Position numbers and translations under genes: made by a program
Shown: piece by piece, positions 11,096 through 18,760 of the stretch
Position numbering within the stretch: the first letter of the stretch is position 1
Layout: each line of letters begins with the position of its first letter
Assembly: GCA_021792255.1 (NCBI GenBank)
Contig: JAJYUZ010000003.1
Coordinates: 64,001-128,000, forward strand
DNA length: 64,000 bases
Direction: 5' to 3'
Origin: Thermoplasmata archaeon
GTDB taxonomy: Archaea; Thermoplasmatota; Thermoplasmata; Thermoplasmatales; GCA-001856825
Notes under the pieces: generated by a model
What the model saw: only the letters and a program-made list of their open reading frames with translations
The model's database searches: none
Told to the model about the DNA's origin: nothing

Positions 11096-11269
11096 ATGTC
11101 TAAAATGATCCGGTGCCCAAACTGCGGATTCGAGTTCGCAAAACCAAAGATAGCATCAAAAGTCACCGTCGGATTCACCTTTACTTTTTTCCCCGGACCC
11201 CTCGCCGGAAAGATAAGATGCCCTCAATGCGGGAAAGAAGAGATGACATACAATTACCTGAAAGTCTAG
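11096..11269 (+). CDS. Small zinc-ribbon protein (57 aa, two CPxCG knuckles)
   Basis: Own translation MSKMIRCPNCGFEFAKPKIASKVTVGFTFTFFPGPLAGKIRCPQCGKEEMTYNYLKV*, preceded by AAGGAG. Below the ORF-track size cut-off. Confidence 0.8.
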   Translation: MSKMIRCPNCGFEFAKPKIASKVTVGFTFTFFPGPLAGKIRCPQCGKEEMTYNYLKV

Positions 11270-11499
11270 ATGGGAGTGTACCCGCTCCAATTATAGGAGA
11301 TTCAGGATCAGCGACGGATACAGCGGTTCACGAATTTCAACTTATAGTCTTATTGAGAGATGGAGAATAATTCATTCTGTCTGAAATGTCAAAGAATAAT
11401 ACGGAAAAATCGACGCTCTTAAAACGCATTTCCTGTACTTAAATTTGGCATTAATCCAAACGAAAGAATAATTTATTAGGTCGCCGGAAATCGTTTGAA

Positions 11500-12420
11500 A
11501 TGATATATGCCGAGGGACTCACCAAGGTTTTTGGGGATTTCACTGCGGTTGAGAACCTTACCTTTCAGGTTACAGACGGTGAGATTTTTGGTCTTCTGGG
11601 CCCGAACGGTGCAGGGAAGACATCTACCCTGAGGATGCTCTCCTGTTTGATCTCCAAAACAAGCGGGGAGGCAAGAATAGGTGACTTGTCCATAGGCAAC
11701 AAAGAAGATTCAATAAAAATAAGAAGAATTATAGGACTGGTTGCAGAAAATGTGGGACTTTATGAAGAACTCAGCGCATACAAGAATCTTGACTTTTACG
11801 GGAAACTATATGGCCTATCGGAAACTCAAAGGAAGGAAAATTTAAAAAATCTACTTGAGGAATTTGACCTCTGGGAGGTCAGGGATAAACCCGTGGCAAC
11901 GTTCTCTAAAGGAATGAAACAAAAGGTGGCAATTGCCAGGGCTCTATCTCACGATCCAAAAGTTCTATTTTTGGATGAGCCGACCGCCAACCTAGACCCT
12001 GAGGCTGCCAAAATGGTAAGAGATTCGATCTTGAATTTAAAAAAGGAAGGTAAGACTATTTTCCTAAACACCCATAACCTGGACGAAGCCCAGAGGATAT
12101 GTGATAGGGTAGGTATATTGAAGACGAAGCTTATCGCACTCGGGTCGCCGGAACAGCTCAAGGAATCTTTGAAGGGGGACAAGACGATCATAGACCTCGA
12201 GGAGATAAACGATAAAATCCTTGGAGCTATTAAGACCGTTTCATCTTCTGAAATCGAGATAGACGGGAAGAGATTAATCATCGATGTCAGGAATCCTCAG
12301 GCTGAAAATCCTATCCTAATCAAGGCAATTACTTCCGCAGGAGGAAACATCGTTGCGGTAAGCCAACTCTCCCCTACCATGGAGGAGGTTTACATTAAAG
12401 CAGTGAGGGAGAAAAAATGA
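11500..12420 (+). CDS. ABC-2 type exporter ATP-binding protein
   Basis: GPNGAGKT, FSKGMKQ, LFLDEP, H-loop 'THNL'. Confidence 0.95.
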   Translation: MIYAEGLTKVFGDFTAVENLTFQVTDGEIFGLLGPNGAGKTSTLRMLSCLISKTSGEARIGDLSIGNKEDSIKIRRIIGLVAENVGLYEELSAYKNLDFYGKLYGLSETQRKENLKNLLEEFDLWEVRDKPVATFSKGMKQKVAIARALSHDPKVLFLDEPTANLDPEAAKMVRDSILNLKKEGKTIFLNTHNLDEAQRICDRVGILKTKLIALGSPEQLKESLKGDKTIIDLEEINDKILGAIKTVSSSEIEIDGKRLIIDVRNPQAENPILIKAITSAGGNIVAVSQLSPTMEEVYIKAVREKK

Positions 12421-13160
12421 GCTTCAAGAACGCGTGGATAGTTACTCAGAAGGAGTTCTCAATAGTAAGATTGAGGAAGACCCTGATTTATTTCTACGTG
12501 GCTATTCCGCTCGTACTGTCGATTGGTCTTCCATTGCTGGTCTTGCACATAATATCAGGTTCATCTATCAAAGCTTCAGATGTCCAATATGTGACGGGGC
12601 TGATGGACGCATTTGAGTTCTTCTTCGCGATCATTGCAGTAATCTTGTCCTCGTACACCTCAGCTTACAGCATAGTTGGCGAAAAGATACAGAAGAGTCT
12701 CGAGCCACTGCTTTCTACACCTATTTCTGATGGAGAGATTCTGCTCGGCAAGGCACTTTCCGCTTTTATTCCTTCATTCGTCGCAGTACTAATGGGAGAC
12801 TCGATCTACATGACGATGATGGATAAGGTCACCTTCCATCTCCTTGGGTATTCATATTATCCAAACTTGTCAGTGGCGATCGTGCTCCTACTTCTCGTAC
12901 CAGTCACCATAGTCTTTTCCATTGAAGTCAGCACAGTGGCATCATCGCGAGTCAGCGATCCGAGAAGTTCGTACCAGCTATCCATGGCAGGGTTCATTCC
13001 GTTCTTCATCGTCTATGTCTTGACTGAGGTCGGAGTGATCACCCTTACAAACACAACCCTACTGAGTATCTCAGGGTTAGTAGCCGTAGCTGACGTCCTG
13101 ATGTACACCGCGGTGATTAAGACATTCAACAGAGACAAGATTCTGACCACCTGGAAGTGA
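12417..13160 (+). CDS. ABC-2 type exporter permease
   Basis: About 6 TM, 'SIVGEKIQKSLEPLLSTP...ILLGK'. ATGA overlap with the ATPase gene. Confidence 0.9.
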   Translation: MSFKNAWIVTQKEFSIVRLRKTLIYFYVAIPLVLSIGLPLLVLHIISGSSIKASDVQYVTGLMDAFEFFFAIIAVILSSYTSAYSIVGEKIQKSLEPLLSTPISDGEILLGKALSAFIPSFVAVLMGDSIYMTMMDKVTFHLLGYSYYPNLSVAIVLLLLVPVTIVFSIEVSTVASSRVSDPRSSYQLSMAGFIPFFIVYVLTEVGVITLTNTTLLSISGLVAVADVLMYTAVIKTFNRDKILTTWK

Positions 13161-13283
13161 GACTCAGGGGAAGAACGAGTTGAAGGTGACCATAAAAAGT
13201 GCTTCCATGTCTTGAAAAGCAACGCTCCAGAACGACGGAATCTTGGTGTGCTATAGGAACGTGCACCTTCCATAGTCTAGCTG

Positions 13284-13820
13284 TTATTTCTTGACCTGTC
13301 TCCTGATGAACATTTCTTCAGTTACAGTCCAGTTCTTGCCTGAATCGTTGCTGCTTTCTGCTCTCCATTTGAATGAGTCCTTCCTCTTTTCGAAGTATAT
13401 CCACTTCATGATCTTTCGCTTAGTTTCCCTCGACTCGAGTACGACGGTCTTACCTATCTTTTTACCGACGAACTCCCGTATGGTAGCTTGGTTAGGGGAT
13501 ATCCACATGCTGCTCCACGAGTCTGACTCTAAATCATAATAGTGAATCGTTGTCCCACCAGTATCATTAATGCCGTCATCTGTGGACAACCACACATCCT
13601 GTACGGCTGTTCCTCCGAGTATCCATCCCGAGTGGACCTCGCCCTTGGAACTTTTCCAAGAACCATCTTGCTGCAGACTATGGGCTTCGACTATATCCCA
13701 GTCGCCCACGAATTGACCGAGCAACATTAATTTGTCCTTTAGAGGTCCGTACGGACCCTGAGCGTGCAGGTACTTTATAGGATGGATGACTCCGTCTTGC
13801 ATCGTCTTTTTTCTAGACAC
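13284..13820 (-). CDS. Hypothetical protein, DUF1579-like beta-barrel
   Basis: 'GQFVGDWD...WILGGTAVQDVW...SFKWRAESSNDSGKNW' Trp-rich pattern. Confidence 0.6.
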   Translation of the reverse strand: MSRKKTMQDGVIHPIKYLHAQGPYGPLKDKLMLLGQFVGDWDIVEAHSLQQDGSWKSSKGEVHSGWILGGTAVQDVWLSTDDGINDTGGTTIHYYDLESDSWSSMWISPNQATIREFVGKKIGKTVVLESRETKRKIMKWIYFEKRKDSFKWRAESSNDSGKNWTVTEEMFIRRQVKK

Positions 13821-13985
13821 ATCTTTCTTAAGCGAAAACCAAGTATTTCAATATCTCGTAGCTGTTTCTTCAATATCCTAGCGCCAATTTTCGACTCCGC
13901 ATCGTTAGACTTTGTACTGATAAATTATCAAAAGGAAAATCATATATTGTGAACTCGATACCAGTTCTCATTAAATTGAAGGAGA

Positions 13986-14891
13986 ATGGAGCAACAAATG
14001 ACGGATAAACGCGAGTTCCCTGCCGCACAGATTACCAGCCTTGCCTTGTTCATATTGTCATCCGTTTTTGCGGTCTATCTTGCAAGGATTGCTGTGGCAG
14101 TCGAACCATCAATCTCTGCAAGCAGTCCCACGTCGGGATTTGGGTACGTGATATACTATTTTGTCGCGGCCATCGTGTTCTCTGCGCTGCTCATATACTT
14201 CGCAAGAAAGTACAAGCTGAACTTTCTCAAATGGCTCTTCATAGCTGCCATCGGACTAATGGTCTTCTACATCTGGAATTATCTTGGCTTGGTTATAGCC
14301 AATACGTATGATCAATATTATGCCATTATAATCGCAGCTCCCGTGATAATGGTACTCGCCTTGATACTCAACAACAAGTGGTACGTAGTCAACATAGCTG
14401 GTTTCTTTCTATGCTCAGGAATGGCATTTGTACTGGGCCTGTTGCTCGGCATTTGGGCTGCCACGATCTTCTTGGCCGTTTTCGCAATATACGATTATGT
14501 ATCGGTCTATAAAACGAAGCACATGATAGGATTGGCAAAGATTGCAATTGATAGGGATCTTCCGATGCTCTTCGTGTTCCCCACCAATTTTTCAACAGAC
14601 GTTGGGAAGATAGAGATTACTGAGAATGGCATTGCCGAACACACAGCGATGGCGCTGGGCTTTGGAGATGTAGCCTTCCCTGGAATAATGGTCGTAGCAT
14701 CGGCAATCTTCGGTATGAAGATCGGCCACTTCTTGCCGTTTTTTGTGCTGCCTCTTCTGGGAGGAATTGCGGGCATGATCTACCTCGTGCTGGGCAATGT
14801 CAAAAAGCCAGCACCTGGCCTTCCGTTCCTGAACACCGGAGTGATCGCTGGCATGCTCATTTCTTACCTGATTTTCGTTTTGATTCTGTAG
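13986..14891 (+). CDS. Presenilin-family intramembrane aspartyl protease (PSH)
   Basis: Catalytic 'YD' (AIYDYVSV), 'LGFGD', C-terminal 'PAPGLP', multi-TM. Confidence 0.93.
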   Translation: MEQQMTDKREFPAAQITSLALFILSSVFAVYLARIAVAVEPSISASSPTSGFGYVIYYFVAAIVFSALLIYFARKYKLNFLKWLFIAAIGLMVFYIWNYLGLVIANTYDQYYAIIIAAPVIMVLALILNNKWYVVNIAGFFLCSGMAFVLGLLLGIWAATIFLAVFAIYDYVSVYKTKHMIGLAKIAIDRDLPMLFVFPTNFSTDVGKIEITENGIAEHTAMALGFGDVAFPGIMVVASAIFGMKIGHFLPFFVLPLLGGIAGMIYLVLGNVKKPAPGLPFLNTGVIAGMLISYLIFVLIL

Positions 14892-14995
14892 AATTCTGAC
14901 CCCTAATTTTCTGTTGAATGGGTCGAGCGATATCACCAGACTTCTCTGTCAGTCCTTCTGGAAATCCTTAATAGCAATCTTGTCACTGACTATCG

Positions 14996-15463
14996 ATGAA
15001 ATGGATTACTAGGGAAAAGGCCAGAGTAGATAGGATTGCTTGTCCGTGGCTCATCCAAAAATTCGTGGACCCGCAGGCTGTTTTCCTCTTTGTCCCAAAG
15101 GATAGGGTAATGGAAGAGGCAAAGAAGACTGGAGCAATTCCATTCGATGCCCCTGGTGCAGAGCTCTATCACTACAAGGAAGGAGGATCGGAGTTCGTGT
15201 CGTTCGATTCCGTCATAAAGAAGTATCATCTCACCGATCATGCACTTTTAGAACTTGCCAAGATAGTAAGAGGAGCCGATGCGACCATCGCGGATACTCC
15301 GCCGGAATCACCGGGGCTCGAAGCCGCTGCCAATGGATTCAATAGAATGACAAAGGACGATTTCGAAAATATGAGGCTTCAGTTTCCTCTATACGATGCC
15401 CTCTACGAATACTGCAAGGCAAAGGTCACTGAGGGAAAGGTAATTGAGCACTCCCTAAAGTGA
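14996..15463 (+). CDS. Chromate-resistance ChrB-domain protein
   Basis: 'MKWITRE...VDRIACPWLI.KFVD...GAIPFD...LAKIVRGAD...PLYDALY'. Confidence 0.88.
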   Translation: MKWITREKARVDRIACPWLIQKFVDPQAVFLFVPKDRVMEEAKKTGAIPFDAPGAELYHYKEGGSEFVSFDSVIKKYHLTDHALLELAKIVRGADATIADTPPESPGLEAAANGFNRMTKDDFENMRLQFPLYDALYEYCKAKVTEGKVIEHSLK

Positions 15464-15487
15464 AGACTCGCTTCTATTCGACTCTCT

Positions 15488-16924
15488 CTAAATGGGACCT
15501 GCAGGCATTCTTGCCTTAGCTTCGTCTATGATTGATATGACCGTCTTTTTGAACTGGGGGAACTCTCCAGGAGACTTTGGATAGTCTGCGTAGATTCCGT
15601 TCAGCTCTTTCATTCTCTGGGTAGTCCAGAGCAAGTTCTTGAATGCCTTGAGCGCTCCGACTCCCTTGACGAGTTTGGCGACTTTCTTTGTCAGGGACAG
15701 TTCGGGTATCCTCCCATAGGTGATTTCCACTGCTTCCTCATAAGTGATGAAGCTCTTCATTCCATAGTCTATGTCTTCATTGGTCAGCGACTGAAGGAAT
15801 ATCCTGAATACTTCCATTCCGGCCATGCTTTTACCATAATGATTCACGTAATCTACGTTGTAATTCCACAGGCCTTCAAGACCGTTGTTCCCAGATTCTA
15901 CTGCGATTGCTGCGGTCTTTCCTGCAAAGATTCCTCCAATCAGAGCTGGACCTATTCCACCTGCGCTGAGTGGGTTCGCAGAAGCCATCGAATCGCCTGC
16001 TCCAATGTAACCTGGATAGACCATTCCCTCCATTTGCCTCCTGACGCTGACGCTCCAGTATCCTTCTCCGTTCTTGTCTGAGTTATCGAGTTGATAGTTC
16101 TTGAAGAGCGGATTCCACTTTACGTACTTCTCAATTAGCGACTTCAGGTTGTCGTTCGTACCGAGTTTCTTATTCCTCATTTCCAGACTCTTGTGTTGAA
16201 CTCCCAGACCCACGTTGACTCTGCCTCCCGTTTTTGGGAACACCCATCCGTAGCCTCCAGGAGCCATCTGCTGGTTCAGATGGATCAGAGCATTCTTCTT
16301 GTCGTAGTACCTTTGATCGCCAAACGAGCCGTCTGTCTTATAAATGAATCTTCCAGTCAGTTCCAGATCTTCATAGTCTATCTCCTTGTCAATGTACTGA
16401 TTTTCCGGAAGCTTCCTTCTCAAAAGAGATGCGATTCCGAGAGAGTCTATTGTGATCTTTGCCCTTATCTTCTCCTCTTCTCCCTTCTCATTTTTCCCGA
16501 ACACTCCCACGACCTTGTTGTCTTCAATGAGTGGTCCTTCAACGCTGAATTTCCCTCTGAACTCTGCTCCATTCTTTATCGCTTCGTCAAAGAGAGACTT
16601 CGCGAAGACCGGTCTCTCAAGACTGTACCCTTCTCCTTCGAAGGGTAATTTATAACCGAGATCCGGAGAGAGGGCCATGACCCCATCAACCTTCAGACCC
16701 AGTGCACTTTCACTGAACGTATTGCCCAGATTCTTTTGAACGAATGAAATGTGTGATTGGGCAACGGCATCGCCGCAAACCCATCCCCAGACAGTCTTCT
16801 TTCCTGGTTCCAGAGCAGAGTTTCTGTCGAGTAGAAGAACGCTCTTACCCAATTTTCCTGTCATAGCTGCGGCTGTAGCACCGGACACGCCAGCACCTGC
16901 AACTATTACATCGTAATCTGCCAT
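15488..16924 (-). CDS. Geranylgeranyl reductase family protein (digeranylgeranylglycerophospholipid reductase-like)
   Basis: GAGVSG FAD motif, 'APGGYGWVFP', 'GDS...NPLSAGGI'. True start MADYDV at 16924 with a TATA box about 20-25 bp upstream. Confidence 0.85.
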   Translation of the reverse strand: MADYDVIVAGAGVSGATAAAMTGKLGKSVLLLDRNSALEPGKKTVWGWVCGDAVAQSHISFVQKNLGNTFSESALGLKVDGVMALSPDLGYKLPFEGEGYSLERPVFAKSLFDEAIKNGAEFRGKFSVEGPLIEDNKVVGVFGKNEKGEEEKIRAKITIDSLGIASLLRRKLPENQYIDKEIDYEDLELTGRFIYKTDGSFGDQRYYDKKNALIHLNQQMAPGGYGWVFPKTGGRVNVGLGVQHKSLEMRNKKLGTNDNLKSLIEKYVKWNPLFKNYQLDNSDKNGEGYWSVSVRRQMEGMVYPGYIGAGDSMASANPLSAGGIGPALIGGIFAGKTAAIAVESGNNGLEGLWNYNVDYVNHYGKSMAGMEVFRIFLQSLTNEDIDYGMKSFITYEEAVEITYGRIPELSLTKKVAKLVKGVGALKAFKNLLWTTQRMKELNGIYADYPKSPGEFPQFKKTVISIIDEAKARMPAGPI

Positions 16925-16954
16925 GCTGGTGAAACATGATGTCTTATAAAAATG

Positions 16955-17038
16955 ATAGGTAGCTGTTCCAGTTTCACTGACTCCTCCCCCAAACCAGGGC
17001 AGGGGAGCTTCACCACTTTCCCCGAGTCCACAACCTAT
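16955..17038 (-). other. GC-rich structured 84-bp element resembling an IS200/IS605 right end / omegaRNA 3' module
   Basis: Minus strand GAAGCTCCCCTGCCCTGGTTTGGGGGAGGAGTCAG, compared with the bona fide right end at 45.7 kb (GAACCTCCAACCCTTCAGGATGGAGAGGATGTCAG). Nested inverted repeats ATAGGT/ACCTAT, GACTC/GAGTC, GGGGA/TCCCC. Confidence 0.45.
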
Positions 17039-18741
17039 GCATAGAGCTGTTTGTACTGCGGCAGACCTGGAGGAATGTAAAAGATTATCAGGACCTCCCA
17101 CGGACTGTATCGATTCAGTAACACTATTCCTGAGGCTTGAGTCAGATTGAAGAATTCAATGGAAATATTGATCGGCCTGTTCTGAGGTATCTCCAGGAAC
17201 GTTGCATTTCCATACGTTCCAAAACCGTAGGTTCCATTGATGTAAAAATAGGACGATCCGTTGAACTTGTATACCTCAAATAGGGAAGCTGGGCCGGTAT
17301 TACTAAGGCTCACGTTTACATCCGTCTTGTTGGAGTAGAAGGGGTTTCGGTTGTTGGCCGTGAGGTTGGAGTCTAGTGCGACTACTGTCACGTTCCTGTC
17401 ATAGTTTCTCTCCGTGTCGGATGCCTTTGCGTTAATGGTAAAATTGTACGTTCCTAGAGTCGTGCCGTTGTAGGGCCATACCGTTATGTTGTAACTGCGC
17501 TTTTCCAGAGGCGCCATTGTATGGTTAAACGAAGGAGTCGAGGCTAGACCTTCCGGTACCTTAATCATCACGCTGAGTAAAATTGTATAGTTGTTGAGAT
17601 TGTTCACGGTCAACGACATGCTATCATTATTGAATACCGGATTGCCATATATTGCGAAATAATTTCCCTGCGATAGTTCCACCGTAGCTTGGTTGTGCGT
17701 CAATACCTGCTCGGCAAAGGGGACTGGAGAAAAGCATAGTGCGACCAGACCTATCGCAATGATGCCGACCATGATTTCTTTCTTCCCAGGCTTTGAAATG
17801 TCGTTCAGCGGAGGAGGATGAGTAAGACCTAGAATTATGATGATTATCGCAAAAAGGATCCACGAGACATAGTATATTCCAAGTACAACAAGCAGAATGA
17901 TGAAGGCGTAACTGAAGTACTTTGCATTTTTGCCCAGAAGACCCCTCGCTACGTGTCCTCCATCCAGTTGCCCTATCGGAAATAGGTTGATAGCTGTGAC
18001 AAGGAATCCGACCCACGCAGCAAATGCGACCGGATGGACGTTTTGAGTCTGAATGGCGGGGAAGATGTAGTAGATTACTGGTAGTGAAATGAGGTAGGAA
18101 ACCTGGGAACTGGTGACCACAACTGGTTTCTGAACTGTTCCAAGATAAGCACCTATCACCCCGACGATGATGCTCATGATGAATCCAGCAATTGGACCCG
18201 CGGCGCCTATCTTGATCAGCGTTTTCCTATCAGGAAGCGGGTCTCTGAGAGAAATAAAGGCACCAAGCGTGCCCAGAAGAGTAAAGGGAGCCGGGATAAA
18301 AAAAGGCAGGGATGCGGTGACCCCGCTCCTCCTTGCCATAAAAAAGTGGCCAAATTCGTGCGTACCGAGGATAATGAGGAGTGGAAGTGAAAAGTAGAGG
18401 AAACCGTAGAAATAGAGCATCCAGGAGAATTTAGTAATGTCGAAATACCCCGCGTAGAGGCCTTCCCCCACATAGATCGTTGATATCAGAGTAGCTACCA
18501 AGAGCACTATGTTCACCCAAATTCCAAAGGGACGGGATTTACGTCTCTTTATGACGGAAATGACATAATCAGACCCCGGCTCTTTCCCCTTGCCGATCAC
18601 GGGGATGTAACCCATTTCCTTAAGGTCAGAGACCAGTTTCTTGAAATCGCCTTCGAGATTTGGATCTACCAGCGTGTGGAACTCGTACACTCCATCCTGG
18701 ATTCTAACCTCACTCGTAACTGCAAAGTATCTCTTGACCAC
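17035..18741 (-). CDS. Site-2 protease (M50) with a long C-terminal extracytoplasmic extension
   Basis: HEFGH, 'GAAGP', 'NLFPIGQLDGGH'. The last ~220 aa are beta-rich with many N-x-S/T sequons. Confidence 0.92.
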   Translation of the reverse strand: MVKRYFAVTSEVRIQDGVYEFHTLVDPNLEGDFKKLVSDLKEMGYIPVIGKGKEPGSDYVISVIKRRKSRPFGIWVNIVLLVATLISTIYVGEGLYAGYFDITKFSWMLYFYGFLYFSLPLLIILGTHEFGHFFMARRSGVTASLPFFIPAPFTLLGTLGAFISLRDPLPDRKTLIKIGAAGPIAGFIMSIIVGVIGAYLGTVQKPVVVTSSQVSYLISLPVIYYIFPAIQTQNVHPVAFAAWVGFLVTAINLFPIGQLDGGHVARGLLGKNAKYFSYAFIILLVVLGIYYVSWILFAIIIIILGLTHPPPLNDISKPGKKEIMVGIIAIGLVALCFSPVPFAEQVLTHNQATVELSQGNYFAIYGNPVFNNDSMSLTVNNLNNYTILLSVMIKVPEGLASTPSFNHTMAPLEKRSYNITVWPYNGTTLGTYNFTINAKASDTERNYDRNVTVVALDSNLTANNRNPFYSNKTDVNVSLSNTGPASLFEVYKFNGSSYFYINGTYGFGTYGNATFLEIPQNRPINISIEFFNLTQASGIVLLNRYSPWEVLIIFYIPPGLPQYKQLYA

Positions 18742-18760
18742 GGATCTGATAGTTAGAAGA

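Noticed and set aside
11113-11370. 85-aa ORF from the track
   Set aside because: Overlaps the better-supported zinc-ribbon ORF in another frame and has no motif.
16935-16980. Possible C/D box sRNA (ATGATG...CTGA)
   Set aside because: Imperfect C box, no convincing C'/D' pair, and it overlaps the reductase TATA box.
16925-17101. 59-aa N-terminal extension of the geranylgeranyl reductase in the ORF track
   Set aside because: It overlaps the S2P gene and the structured element. The FAD motif and TATA spacing indicate a start at 16924.
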